Of a stretch of DNA of 64,000 bases, positions 12,813 through 26,362 are shown one piece after another. The stretch lies in assembly GCA_951406725.2 (NCBI GenBank), contig OX597827.1, positions 49,104,001 to 49,168,000 of the forward strand, read 5' to 3'. The stretch comes from Octopus vulgaris. Lineage: Eukaryota. The notes below the pieces were generated by a model. The model saw only the letters and a list, made by a program, of their open reading frames with translations. It made no database searches and was not told the DNA's origin. Made by a program: the position numbers and the translations under genes. Position 1 is the stretch's first letter. The number at the start of each line of letters is the position of its first letter.

Positions 12813-12857
12813 TCTCCGATGAAGGGTATAAAAAATATCCCGGAAACAGCTGTAAGA
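12813..12857 (+). ncRNA. Minimal type I hammerhead-like motif in a PLE terminal repeat (CCGAUGA core variant)
   Basis: TCT-CCGATGA-AGGGTATA..TATCCCG-GAAAC-AGCT-GTA-AGA; stem I TCT/AGA; palindromic stem III ACAGCTGT. Confidence 0.6.
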
Positions 12858-12988
12858 CCTATTTATAAATGTTCTAAGATCTTCACAGCCTTATATATTT
12901 AGCTCATGCTGCAAAAAAAATTATATATATATACATAGAAGTACATATGCATGTGCATGTGCATGTGTGTGCTTGTGTGTGTGCGCTT

Positions 12989-13225
12989 GAAGGTGCTTGC
13001 CCTAGTGGTTAAGCTGTTGCACTCACGATTCCTTGACGGGGCGATGCCTTGTGTTCTTCAGCCACACACTTCATTTCACGGTGCCCCGGTTTCCCTTTCG
13101 ATCAGGGTTAAAAGTGGGTGTATTCGCCTAGCCAACGGAGTGTCGTCATTTGATGGCTAAAACAATGCAAAAGTGCATCGTGTCCAGCGTTATTTAAGAA
13201 CAACTGATAGCCTGATGTGTCACAC
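12989..13225 (+). mobile_element. Degenerate SINE family S3
   Basis: Head GAAGGTGCTTGCCCTAGTGGTTAAG, CORE-like block, tail related to 17228-17353. Confidence 0.65.
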
Positions 13226-13328
13226 GATCACAAGATAACTATTCAACATTTCATATACATATTTATATACACACACATATACACATTTACCTGCAGGTAA
13301 ATATCTGTATACATGTATACTCTAGATG

Positions 13329-13359
<31 letters not shown>

Positions 13360-13887
13360 TGTGTGTGTGTGTGTGTATGTGTTTGTGTGTGTTTGTGTTA
13401 CATATATATATGCATTTACGCATGTATGTATATATCGATTCATATATATTATACATATATATACATACATGTATGTACGTATGCATTTATGTATATGAGC
13501 AGTCTGGGGTGCGGTATTGAACACTGAAATGCGTTAATTTTCTCAATTATATATATGCTCTATTTAAATTTATCATTTTATTATTGTTTTACTTTACTTG
13601 TATTTTCAACAACTGCCGGCTCATATTTTTCTTAAAAAGCGCCATGTATCAGATAACAGCGATATTCATAAAAATTTAACAAGAAACAGAAAATGTCCGC
13701 CATAATGATATATTTCTATGCATGCATGTGTATATACGTAAGTACGTAAATGTAAATAGGTGTATATGACATATAAAATATATGGTTATAGCAATAATTT
13801 ATGTATATATGCATATGTGTATAATCACACAAAATATACATTTTCTGTCACTAATTTCAACTGATTTGTATTCAGTGTCAAAAATAC

Positions 13888-13961
<74 letters not shown>

Positions 13962-14139
13962 GTGTGTCTGCGTGTGTGTGGGGGACACGCATTTATGTAT
14001 AAATCGAGCAACTTTGTATTCAATGTTGAAATACGTACAGGCAAACACACACACATATCTATATATTTATTTAATTATTGATATGTATAGTATATATACG
14101 TATTCTTTATATGCTTGTGAATACATTTCTCTCTCTCTC

Positions 14140-14194
<55 letters not shown>

Positions 14195-14319
14195 GCACAT
14201 CTATATTTTAAAATATGTATACCATCTATATACATTATATATGCGTATATATACATGTATGTATATATATGTATAATATATATGGATTCATACATACATA
14301 CATACATACATCATTAAAG

Positions 14320-15046
14320 CCGTTTATCATGGACCTCTCACCGGATTACTACCTCTAAATTTGAAGGGTATGTGTTTGCAATCGAGGAACTGGAAATTTC
14401 AACCAAGTATCTGATGCACAAAAGGCATAGAGATGCAGGAAATACAGTAAAATGTGTCAACCGATGCTGACTTTGTGCAGTTCACACTGAGGAGATCACC
14501 CACATCGTAAACAGTTTTCCAGTATTATCTACCGATGATACATGATGTTGTAACCAGGAAACTCTGTAATGAAATCCGTCGGAAAGATAATCCAGAAGAT
14601 AAAGAAATCAGAACCCACAATCTGGTAGTGGCCATAGCCACTAATAATAAAAAGGAATGCTGGTGAAATGTCCCAGTGAAGACCTCAATAAAATGTAAGC
14701 ACAACAGACCTGATATAATGATTTGGGAAGGAGAAGAGAAACTGTGCACAGTTATGGAAATTAGCTGTCTAGCAGATATTAACGTAAAGCTGAAGAACAG
14801 TGAAAAAACCCAACACCTATGCTGAACTATTGACGACAAATCTGCAGTTACTCTAACCAGGTTACCAGTTCAGGTCTATACCTCTTTTTATTGGCGCTCT
14901 GGGATATATGACACTGCCTAAATACCAATCTTTGTAAATTAGGCTTCTCAAAACCAGAAAGGAGAGGGCTAATTCGAAAACTACAGATCCGTTCCATCAG
15001 TGGAGCTGTAAAAATCTGGAAAACTTTCCAGAAGTTTTTCATTTAA
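14320..15046 (+). mobile_element. R4/Dong-like non-LTR retrotransposon 3' remnant (zinc knuckle plus restriction-like endonuclease)
   Basis: FEGYVFAIEELEISTKY..NRC*LC..EEITHIV (CCHC-like), HNRPDIMIW..CTVMEISC (PD..E), C-terminal KIWKTFQKFFI*. Confidence 0.8.
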
Positions 15047-15286
15047 ATATATATCAGCATGTCTAGATATGCAACTATATGCATGAGAATACATACATAA
15101 AACATACAGATCTGCACATACATACGTACTCATACATACATGAATACATACATGCATTCATGCATACATACATACATACATATATGCATACATACATACA
15201 TACATACATACATACATACATAAATACATACATTCCACGGTATCAATGCCGGATCCGGAGACAAAGATTCTGTATCTCTGAAACAA

Positions 15287-15354
<68 letters not shown>

Positions 15355-15356
<2 letters not shown>

Positions 15357-15480
15357 GAAATTTACAGAAAAACAATAAACGAAGAATAAAAAGCAGGTGT
15401 ATTAGTTTGACGCTCGGGAAAGTGAGAAAATCTGTCACGTTTCGAGCCTTCGCTCTTCAAGAGAAAGGAATTGGAGAAAG
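15355..15480 (-). mobile_element. PLE-type terminal repeat fragment with a decayed hammerhead core
   Basis: Minus strand CTCTTGAAGAGCGAAGGCTCGAAACGTG; similar to 30245-30445. Confidence 0.5.
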
Positions 15481-15818
15481 TGTTGATAATATATAAATAC
15501 TCGTATATATAGAATTCAGAAGTAAGAATGTTTATATTCTTACTTATGAATATTCCAGGATCTAAAGATTTCGCTTTTTGTATGTAAAACATGCTTGAGC
15601 TCGTCAGCTGGACCTAACACATAATCAGCTATTTCTGTGATATTCACCATATTACACCGTATGTCTTCTTGCATTTGAATGCCCTGCGACATTTAAAAAA
15701 CACGAACATAACTTGAGTTATTTATGAATTTAAATTTAAATGAGTATCACTAATTTTAATAATAGAGTGGCCAGCAAGATTAGACATTTATAGCATAGAA
15801 AAAATATATGAGTACATA

Positions 15819-16133
15819 GGAGCGCTCCGTCGGTTACGATGACGAGGCTCCCAGCTGATACGATTAACGGAAAAGCTTGCACGTGAAATGAGATGTGCAA
15901 GTGTCTGAGCACTCCACAAACACGTGTACACTCAACGTAGCTCCATAGAGATTCAGCGTGACACAGAGTGTAACAAGGATAGCCCTTTGAAATACAGGTA
16001 CTACCCATTTTTGCTGAGTGGACTGGAGCAACGTGAAATAAAGTGTCTTGCTCAATGATACGCGTCACCGGGTATTGAAATCATGACCTTATGATCGCGA
16101 GTGGAATGCCCTAACCACTAAGCCACGCGCCTT
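15819..16133 (-). mobile_element. SINE family S3 (head + CORE-like + tail 1), full length
   Basis: Minus strand AGGCGCGTGGCTTAGTGGTTAG..TTGAGCAAGACACTTTATTTCACGTTGCTCCAG..CGTAACCGACGGAGCGCTCC. Confidence 0.85.
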
Positions 16134-16892
16134 CATCAAGCGTGTATACAAGATTATGTATGCACTGACATATACATATGTAGGAAATTCTGTCTGTGGG
16201 TGTGTTTGTGGAGTTTTAGCTAACTCCTCTGACATCGTTTTATCGATTTTGATGAAAATTAACACGTGAGTAGAACTCATGTCTGAAAACCACATGGCAT
16301 ACTCAAGTTGTTGAAAAAATCGATAATAGGGACCCTGGATATGTATAGAGATCCTTATATATATGTGTGTAATGTATTTTATTTTTAAGACAAAGGGAAA
16401 TGACCTTATGACAAAGGCAAGGAATTCTGTCTTCTCTGTAATTCTGAACTATTTTTCATTATTTTTTCTAAAAATCCCCTAGTAAACACGGTTATAGAGC
16501 ATGCAAACCGATGTAAACATTGGCAAGAACACACCTTTAGTTCATATAAGTAATCTCTATCATTATATATAATTTAACATAAATTTTCTTTTTATATTTA
16601 ACATTCACTATAAAAATATCCCTCCTCTTTCTATAGGCTACTTCTGACGTTATATCATATAACGTTTTTTGAAACAATATTAATAGCGTTCAGTAAATCA
16701 CTATACATGTCCATCATTTTCTGTTAAAATGTCTTATTGACGAGTTTCATTTCTTCACTTACCTAAAGAGAAGATTACCTTGTTTTACACCAATTTATTC
16801 CTTGGGAATAATATCAGCGATATCTTCGAAACATGTGTCGGAAGTAAACGTATTTGAATTACACCTGCGTTAAACTCCATTTATTTATATAT

Positions 16893-16934
<42 letters not shown>

Positions 16935-17227
16935 ATTATTATTATTTGTAAATCTCTCAAAGAGAGATATACAGTGACAGCACCATAAAGTAATTACTTT
17001 TGCCAACATAATGAGGCAGTCCCAGGATGAGACGAATGTTACTGTTATTTAGCCCCAGGAAACATCGTTTCCAACTGGCTGTGCTGGGTGGAGGTGCTAA
17101 TCTCCTCTGTTCGAAAATATAAGGACACAGTATTTGTTTGTGTTGTATAGCCAGGCATACATACATATGTATGTAATACATATATATGTGTGTGTGTATG
17201 TATACATATATATATATATGTATGTAT

Positions 17228-17353
17228 GTTGGCCTGCTCGCTTAGCCAGCGGGGTGGCGTCATTTGAAGGCTAAGGCAATGCGAAGCGCATTGTGACCAG
17301 CGATGTGTAGCAACATCTGATAGCCTAGTCGGTGACGGTGACGGTGACGGTGA
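17228..17353 (+). mobile_element. S3 SINE tail 4 fragment ending in (CGGTGA)n
   Basis: Nearly identical to 50203-50317. Confidence 0.8.
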
Positions 17354-17404
17354 TATATGTATGTATGTATGTATGGTTATATGGTTATATTTCGCTTACA
17401 CACC

Positions 17405-17446
<42 letters not shown>

Positions 17447-18632
17447 TTATACAGTGTATGATTTTATCCAGGTATAAAGTTACATATCTCTTTCTGTCTT
17501 TGTATGGTGTATGTGTGTGTGTGTGTGCGTGCGCGTGTGCGTGTATGTGTGTTTGTATGTGTGTTTGTGTTTTTCTCTTCTTTATAACACTTACAGATTT
17601 CCTTTGTTAATAGTGCAATATTGCTAAGTGCATATTCACGCCTGCAAATTTACGCGCACACACATATAAAACTCACACACACACGGAATACTAGTATGTG
17701 TAATATCAAATATATCGTAAGAACTGCAGATGGTAAGTAGAATGTATTCGTACATATTTAGTTATCAATAAATGTACGGATGAGTAACTACATACATTAA
17801 TTTATATCCGCGGTTTTGATTTCATGACTTACAGATTTTATTCATTTATTTTAAATGTCCTTAAAATTCGTTTCTCTCGAGAGTACGGTTGACTGGGTTC
17901 GATCTGATCGCACTAAGCAAATAACTTGCTGATTTAGTTGCTTCATAAATCTGGATAATGGGTTTGTTTGTAGATATGACCTTTATGCACAAGTCAAACG
18001 CACAAATATACATCTGTTCTGAATATTAGTGACTGTTTTAGTGACTGGTCTTACTTCCTGAAACTTAGACAAATTAAAAGCAAAATGTATCTTTGTTATT
18101 CGAAATCGGAACAGGGACGTCGCAGTTAAATACAAAAAGTATCTATCTGATGTTCTACTGGCGCAGTCCAATCATGGTTTCCCTTTCCACATAGATTTCA
18201 ATAAAAACAACGTTAAGAATTCTAAAGACAGGTGTACATCAATAAGCATTTTGCTCACGAATGGATGCATTCAATTGTCGTTGCAAATAGTAGGCCCAAT
18301 GACGATTAGCCTGTGTGGGTACAAATAAAGATACATGTGTGCCTGTTAGCATTTGTGTGTATGTGTATGTACACACACACACACCCTTGAACTCATCCGC
18401 AAATTCTTCTTTCGTTTTTCCTCCTGAAATTTACATATTTATGTACCCTGTTAACTTTCTTGGATCACTTCCTAATACGAAAATATCCATACCGTCCTAA
18501 TCTAAATACGATTAGAACCCTGGTTCAATAATAAGTAAATAAATATGTACCTTTTGGTCACGTTTGAGTGTATTGAGGTGAGAGAGTATTAGGAACGGTG
18601 TAATGTTCGGGCGAGGAGTTTAATATTATATC

Positions 18633-19049
18633 TGTTTCTTTATTACCCACAAGGGGCTAAACATAGAGGGGACAAACAAGGACAGACAAACGAATTAAGT
18701 TGATTACATCGTTCCCAGTGCGTAACTGGTACTTAATTTATCGACCCCGAAAGGATGACAGGCAAAGTCGACTTCGGCCGAATTTGAACTCAGAACGTAA
18801 CGGCAGACGAAATACGCATTTCTTTACTACCCACAAGGGGCTAAACACAGAGAGGGCAAACAAGGACAGACAAACGAATAAAGTCGATTATATCCACCCC
18901 AGTGCGTAACTAGTACTTATTTAATCGATCCCGAAAGGATGATAGGCAAAGTCGACCTCGGCGGAATTTGAACTCAGAACGTAGCGGCAGACAAAATACG
19001 GCTACACATTTCGCCCGGCATGCCAACGGTCCTGCCGGCTTGCCGCCTT
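18633..19049 (-). mobile_element. S2 SINE tandem dimer
   Basis: Two units; only the outer one carries the head. Confidence 0.88.
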
Positions 19050-19649
19050 CATTTAATATTATATCTAGCTAAACATTATTCACTGAAGCAAGAAATTTCA
19101 TTGGTTGTTTGGATCTGTAATTGGGGAAGGAGTTATTTACCTCATCTTCGAAGAGACTTCTATAAAAATAACAATAGCTTCCCTTGAAACATTTTCTGTA
19201 CCTTTAAAAATGTTTCTTTACTTATCAGGAAATATTTATCCACAGCAGAATTTGAAACTGCGAAAAGTCGCCGCTAATGGTTCATTTTTTTTTCACTTTG
19301 CAAAAGGTTAATATGCAACATATAATATTTCTGATTTTCTTTATTTTTTTATGAATTTCGAATTCGACTTCAATTATAAATTTTAGCTTCAAAAAGACTT
19401 TACCTATTTCAAACTTTTAATAAATAGTTTGTTTACTTTTAGTTTTAATTTTACAATATTGCGGTACGAGAAAGGCGTCTTCGGGTTGTTTCTTTTAGGT
19501 ATGTTATAAATATCATATACAAATTTTTATCTTCTTATAAATTCTTAATTTCTTGGTATATGTTGTGAAAAGAATATTTAGTTAAAGCAATGTTTTTTTT
19601 AAAATAATATTTTGTGAAAAACATGTTTTAAAATGTAAATTCGAAAACA

Positions 19650-20100
19650 TTTGCCAATCTCTTTTTTTAAGAAGCTATAAATTGGTGCTACTTTGTATAG
19701 GATTTATAATACTGAGCTTATTATTTAGTGATCTGGTGTACCACAAGTCGTTTGAAAGATTTGCCTGAGAGCAAACGTACAAGTCAATTAAAGAAAGACA
19801 GCAAAGAAAGATTTGTTTTCGTTTTCTTCCACCCACTTGAAGATGTTTCATTTCACAAAGGATTGCTTTAAACTTTTCCTCACAGATGTAGTTTTGCCTG
19901 TTGATGACGAATATTGCATTCGTTTGGTTTGAAAACTGAATAACAAACAAGATAGAAGCATTGAAAGTAGTATATATATTTTGCTAATGAAATGAATCTA
20001 GTGTCTTCACAAGCGGAAGTCGAAACTGCCTCTATGGCAACAGTTTCGTTGAGAATGGACACAAGAAGGGAACTGTGGAAATTGAATAGATGCTCTTAAA
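19650..20100 (-). mobile_element. Possible highly decayed DNA transposase remnant (P-element/THAP9-like?)
   Basis: Weak resemblance only (ILNETVAIEA; MKHLQVGGRKRKQIF..SLIDLY). Confidence 0.25.
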
Positions 20101-20199
20101 AAATAATTTAATGAAAGCAAACAATGATGGTGTTTTTTTTTAACATCTTTTTTTTTCTTCCAGCGACCTGAAGATATATTTATATACATTTAGAATATC

Positions 20200-20502
20200 A
20201 CTTATCCTCTCTACTAAAAGTACACGTTCTGAAATTTTGGGGGAGGGGATAAGTAGGTTATCTCGCCTTCAGTGCGTAACTGGTACTAATTTTATCGACC
20301 CCGTAAAGATAAAAGACAAAGTCGACCTCGGTGGGATTTGAACTCAGAACATACTCTTTTACTCTTTACTCTTTTACTTGTTTCAGTCATTTGACTGCGG
20401 CCATGCTGGAGCACCGCCTTTAGTCGAGCAAATCGACACCGGGACTTATTCTTTGTAAGCCCAGTACTTATTCTATCGGTCTATTTTGCCGAACCGCTAA
20501 GT
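20200..20502 (-). mobile_element. Partial S2 SINE abutting a 5'-truncated S1 tail
   Basis: S2 central domain at ~20270-20350; S1 tail at 20352-20502. Confidence 0.8.
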
Positions 20503-20679
20503 AATTAGAATTTAAATTATATTATTCTCACAGTCACGGGTTTTAAGTTCGAACCTCAGCTAGAAAAAATAGCCTAACTGAAACGAAAACACATGGGATG
20601 GCAATAAAAGAAAATTGATTAAATAAAACAATATAGCGGATATACAAGTCCACAGTAGAACGGTGTCACAACACCGTTT

Positions 20680-21160
20680 ATTCCCCTCGCTTAAGACAAA
20701 CCCAAGTCCTTTCTACATGTTGTATATGCGTCCCGTCTTGCGAGTTTATAAACTCAACGTTCTGTAGCGAAATTGGTACCCTGGTATCTCAATAATATGT
20801 AAGTATGCACGCCACAAGTCGCTTTAAATAGCTCATCCTGATAGAATTGAATGTTGAATGCAATCTTAGTGGGTGTTTTACGATCTCAGGAATTTACGGC
20901 GGAAACAAAAACTCCTCGAGTTTTGCGACGTACACTGCCAAAAACTCTGTTCGGGTAGCAGTTTTTGACCCCGGTTGTACTTTCTTCTCAAACAGACTGT
21001 TTCGTCTATTTCAGCAATTCCACTACAACCACCAGTATTCATTGGATTGCGGAGCAAATCATCTGCGTAGGCCTTCCGTAAATATTTTTATAATCTACTG
21101 CCGCAGTTGCACCAGTCCCTAGTTCATATCCTCACAAAACCTAGTTGTTGTTAACTCTGA
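20680..21160 (-). mobile_element. Merlin/IS1595-like DDE transposase remnant
   Basis: Collinear minus-strand motifs across frameshifts: LLRNPMNTGG..EIDETVCLRRKYNRG, RVFGSVRRKTR, SDLWRAY, FINSQDGTHIQHVERTW. Confidence 0.8.
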
Positions 21161-22194
21161 GCCAGCAGTAGATAAACAAAATAATACTTCTGAACGGGAT
21201 GATTCACCCTTCTAGCCATGTGCCTCTTCTAATAGACACAGTCTCTCAACATCCTTTTAAAATGATTAATGAAACGAAGTTGCTATGACAGCAAATAGTT
21301 TCTACATCCAGTGTAAGGTAAGCGGTTTAAAATCTATTGGCTACAAATGCCTAACTTTAAATGCGTCTAACTTTATTAAAATTTATCCAAAATAATGAAC
21401 GCGATATTTGTCACCAGCACGCAAAATCATATCAAAAGTACATTATTTGAAATTTTTCAGATTAAAATTTGTCATTAAATGAAAATGAACCGAGAAAGCT
21501 AGGGTTAGAAACGTAGTACACAGACTAACAAACAAGAATAGAGAACAGTGTGTACAAGCAAGCCAGAGGTAGTATTGGCGAATGCTTCTATAGCCATATA
21601 TATATTAATTTACAGGTGTTCGTTGTTATCTAGACACATACGTTAGTTCGTATGAATACTTTATATTTTTGTGTATCAAAACATAAGTATTTGAAGGTTT
21701 ACAGATATAAATCATTTAATCATACAAAATCTCAAACTTCTAGATATCATCCATACACACGTCAGCAGAATTCGAATTCCGTTTAAGAAAATATTAAGAG
21801 CAAATTCATGTTAGTCTTTAGTCTTTGTGGGAGCCGTAAATAATGGCTTGTATCAATGCAGCTATAAATATTTAATTTCCCATTTATTCATTGTCTGAGA
21901 TTTGTGTATATGTGTATACTCAATGATTTACATGAATTTTTTTACTTCGTTCCTTTTATCTTCCGAAACTTCAGAATTCTTCAGGATTTGTGCAAACATA
22001 CCACATATTAGCAACAACAAAAAATGCAGAAGAGAGTGAATATTCGATATCTACTATGATTGCAATGGGTTTTGCACGATATACCTTATTCAGTTCAATC
22101 ATTCAGCTGGTAGACAGTCTAAATATTATGGTGTTGTTGCTCAAATAAGTTCCAGTGATGACCTATGCGTCTCTCTGTCTCTCAAACTCTGTGT

Positions 22195-22582
22195 AGGCGC
22201 AGGCGTGGTTATATGGAAAAAAGCTTGCTTCCCAACGACATGGTTCCGGGTTCAGTCCTACTGCGTGACACCTTGGGCAAGTGTCTTCTACTACACCCTC
22301 TGGCCGACCGAAGCTTTGTGAAAAGATTTGATAGATGGAAACTGAAAGAGGCCCGTCATACACACATCTATATATATATATATATATATAATATACATAT
22401 ATATGTGTGTGTCAGTGTTTATCTCACACCAATGTGGAGATAAACATAACCTAGCGGTTCGACAAAAGGAATTGATAGTATACGTACTAGGTTTAAAAAG
22501 AATAGGTCTTGGGGTCGTTTTCTTCGACTAAAACCGTTTCAGACGGTGATCTAACAATCAAATTACTTAAACAAGTAAAAGA
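22195..22582 (+). mobile_element. S1 SINE
   Basis: Head, CORE-like block, internal (TA)n and tail. Confidence 0.85.
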
Positions 22583-22956
22583 ATATATGTATACGCGCGT
22601 GTGTGTGTGAAGCGTTCCTACAGAATAATCGAAACTTATTTGGTGTACCAAAATATGCAATTTCTCAGGATGTGTAAGTTTTCTGAAATTGTTGATTACG
22701 ATTATGAGGAAAAAAGATACGGGAGAGGTTTTTATCCTCATAGTTCTTTTCGAAAATGTTTTCCAGATTTGTTCTATAAGATTAAAAACATAAAATTTTA
22801 GAGGAAACTCAAAATTGAATATTTAGAGAAATGTATCCTGCCACCAACATTTTAATTTTTTTCCACTTGAACAATTGTAATCTACGATACATAAATAAAA
22901 CATGAACATCTTGATATATGGGTTTACAGTTTCTTTTGCACAACAGATTAATTTCG

Positions 22957-22959
<3 letters not shown>

Positions 22960-22997
<38 letters not shown>

Positions 22998-22998
22998 G

Positions 22999-23034
<36 letters not shown>

Positions 23035-23389
23035 CACACACATACACACACACATCTATCTATATATGTATATACACACACACACATCTATCTATCTATA
23101 TATATATATACACACACACACATCTATCTATATATATATATACACACACACACATCTATCTATATATATATATATACACACATACACACACACATCTATC
23201 TATATATGTATATACACACACACACATCTATCTATATATATATATATATACACACACACATCTATCTATATATATATATACACACACACATCTATCTATA
23301 TATATATATACACACACACATCTATCTATATATATTACACACACACATCTATATATATATATATATACACACACACACATCTATCTATC

Positions 23390-23427
<38 letters not shown>

Positions 23428-23451
23428 TCTATCTATCTATATATATACATA

Positions 23452-23507
<56 letters not shown>

Positions 23508-23555
23508 CATACATACATACATACACACATCTATATATATATATATATATATATA
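22960..23555. repeat. Compound (TA)/(CA)/(TCTA) higher-order microsatellite
   Basis: Seen directly. Confidence 0.95.
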
Positions 23556-23557
23556 GT

Positions 23558-23860
23558 GGAGGCACATGGCCTAGTAGTTAGAGCAGGGATCGCGGGTTCG
23601 AATCTCAGATCGGGTGATGTGTGTGTTTATGAGCAAAACACCTAAACTCTATATGGCTCCGATAGAAGGTAATGGCGAACTTCTTCTGACTCTTTCGTCA
23701 CAACTTTCTCTCACTCTTTCCTTCTGCATCTTGCAGCTCACCTGCGACGGACCGGCGTACCGTCCAGGTGGGGAATCTATACGCCAAGGTATCCGGGAAA
23801 CCGGCCCCTATGGCTCAGGCATGGCTCGAGAAGATGAGGCCAGGCATGGCTCGAGAAGGA
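23558..23860 (+). mobile_element. S3 SINE (head + central B + tail 3)
   Basis: GGCACATGGCCTAGTAGTTAG, GGTTCGAATC, GAGCAAAACACCTAAA, tail GGAAACCGGCCCCTATG..GGCATGGCTCGAGAAG (duplicated). Confidence 0.8.
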
Positions 23861-23901
<41 letters not shown>

Positions 23902-23904
23902 AGA

Positions 23905-23944
<40 letters not shown>

Positions 23945-24187
23945 ATATTAAACGTAAGCCAGTATCAATGGTAGTTCCAGAAATTCCGAGCCGGAAACTA
24001 CAGTCAAGAAGACGAGCCTCGTCCTGCAAGATCTAGAGAGCTCGACCAGGACGTTTACCAGACAGTTGTAAGAGCATTGTAGAAAATGAAGGACAGTATA
24101 TTTTAGATTAAAAAAGAACTTCATTTTTCTTCATTTTGAAAAATAAAAATATTTAAAAAACCGCATTATTTATGGGATGACGCAATA
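23945..24187 (+). mobile_element. Internally deleted mariner derivative
   Basis: FQKFRAGNYSQEDEPRPARS (HTH end) fused to C-terminal RLPDSCKSIVENEGQYILD*; TIR-like CCGCATTATTTATGGGATGACGCAATA. Confidence 0.75.
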
Positions 24188-24904
24188 TATTAAATATATT
24201 TTAACTGTGGTGCCTGACTTTTGACTCACACCGTATATTCTAACCCGTTTAATATCAAAGCTAATAAAGTGTGATTCGAGAAAGACTTTTGACTAGTATT
24301 CTTAGAAGATGAATGGATTGTCCCTGTTTCTTCAATGATTTTCGTTGCTGATTCAGTAATGTTCGTTTATTGAACGGAGATATATCGGGAGGTGTTCAAA
24401 CCATGATCGCCCACTTTTTTGTTTAAGAGGCTGTTTGCAGAATTGCATTATCCTAAACACATAGCTTTTCATTTTCTCAACCAAACAGGGACTTCTTGGC
24501 AACTTTGATATTATATTAGTGACTTGTTTCAGTTACTGGACTGTGGCCATGATAGAGCACCACCTTAGGCTTCTTTTTTATATATAGATTATGGTCGGCG
24601 TTCATCTTACACCGCATCAGATAGGTTATTACCAAAGGCGTTTTAATAGAGAATTATTGACTATATTAGTTATTTTGAAGTTTAGCTATTTCTCACAGAG
24701 ACTACACGCAGACGTGCTTGTTCCTTTAATGGCGCCAGTTGTATTGTATATACAGGTGACTTGATTACAGATTGATCCTATTTGCTTAGCACGATTTATC
24801 TTGGAACACTTTGTTCGTGTCACAAAAGAAATTCTTCAGATTAGGATTTGCGTTTTACCCTTACTATATATATATATATATATATATATTCTAAGTTAGT
24901 AAAT

Positions 24905-24944
<40 letters not shown>

Positions 24945-25519
24945 GTGTGTGTGTGTATGTATATGTACATAAGCACACATATTTGTGTGTGAGTGTGTGT
25001 ATATATATATATGTACATAAACACACATATTTGTGTGTGTGTGTATATATATATATAAACACACACACATATTTGTGTGTGCGTGTGTTTATATGTACAT
25101 TGTACGTCCAAACACAACTAGGGATATAAGCAAATCTACTCATATGTATATATAGATACATAATCGTACACACACATGATTATCTATATATATATTCTGT
25201 GAAATACGCCCGAGTACAGTTAAATTTGCTATTATCGGAAAGGTTGTATACGGTTTCACATACCATGGAAGCTAAAAGACAATTTCTTGTTTTCTACATA
25301 TGCATACTGTTGTAAACATATATTGATTTAAAGGAAAGAAAAAAGTGGATTTTGAATGAATAAAAAGGTTAAATGAATGCTATAAGGAGGGATTTGAACC
25401 AGAATTTTTTTGTATCCATGACAGACTTGCAAACCATTTCGACAAATGTAACCGTCGGTCTCTATCTTTGTATCTACATTTCTTTTTCTCCCCCTTACTC
25501 TCTATCACACTTTCTCTTT

Positions 25520-25702
25520 TCTTATCTCTCTCTCTCTCTCTCCTCTTTCCCCTCTCTCTCTCTCCTCTTTCCTCTCTCTCTCTCTCCTCTTTCCCCCCTC
25601 TCTCTCCTCTTTCCCCCTCTCTCTCCTCTTTCCCCTCTCTCTCTCCTCTTTCCACTCTCTCTCTCCTCTTTCCCCTCTGTCTCTCTTCTCTTTCCCTCTC
25701 TC
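25520..25702. repeat. Pyrimidine ~20-bp minisatellite (CTCTCTCTCTCCTCTTTCCC)n
   Basis: Seen directly. Confidence 0.9.
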
Positions 25703-26362
25703 ACTCACCAAGCAAACCTATTTACATTTTGAACTGCGAAAGCATTTTCGTTTGTTTTTTTTTCTAATCCGTGTTAATATTTATAGCTGCGTCCACTTGG
25801 ATATAAACGGTTTAGATGGTTCATTAGTTTGGATATGTTTTTACTTCGTAATTTATTGTCTCCGTTAATGCGATTCTTGGTTGCAAAACAAAATATAGCT
25901 TCAAGCTATCTTCCCTTGAACTACCAGATTTTTCTACGATAAAATTTGATATTTGAGGTTGCTGACCTCTACAGCTTAGAGCCACCACCATGTGAAGACC
26001 TAAAAAATATGGCTCTTATTCTTAGCAAGGTTAAAATTACGCAGATGTTAATATGAATGGAACGAGTGTTAAGAGATATTTGTCAAACGAAACCTTTTCG
26101 TTTCTCGAGTTAATGTATAACGTGTGATACAGTATATTTTATTTCAAGCAGGTGGAGTGAGATTGTCATAGATGGCTCCTTGCTGACTCCCAAGAATTGT
26201 AAAAGAATTTATGGAATATATAGGAGAAAGTTTAAAAGAAAAAAGTAAAGAAGTAACGTAGTCTCATGTATAGAACCATGGAGTTTTGCGGAGAGGTAGA
26301 CGGACAACAAAAATATATCTAACATAGGTGATAACTTTTATGTAGCTATGATATTAACGAGT

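Noticed and set aside
21058-21069. YADD motif on the minus strand suggesting reverse transcriptase
   Set aside because: It is in frame with and directly upstream of Merlin motifs (LLRNP..GG..EIDET); coincidental
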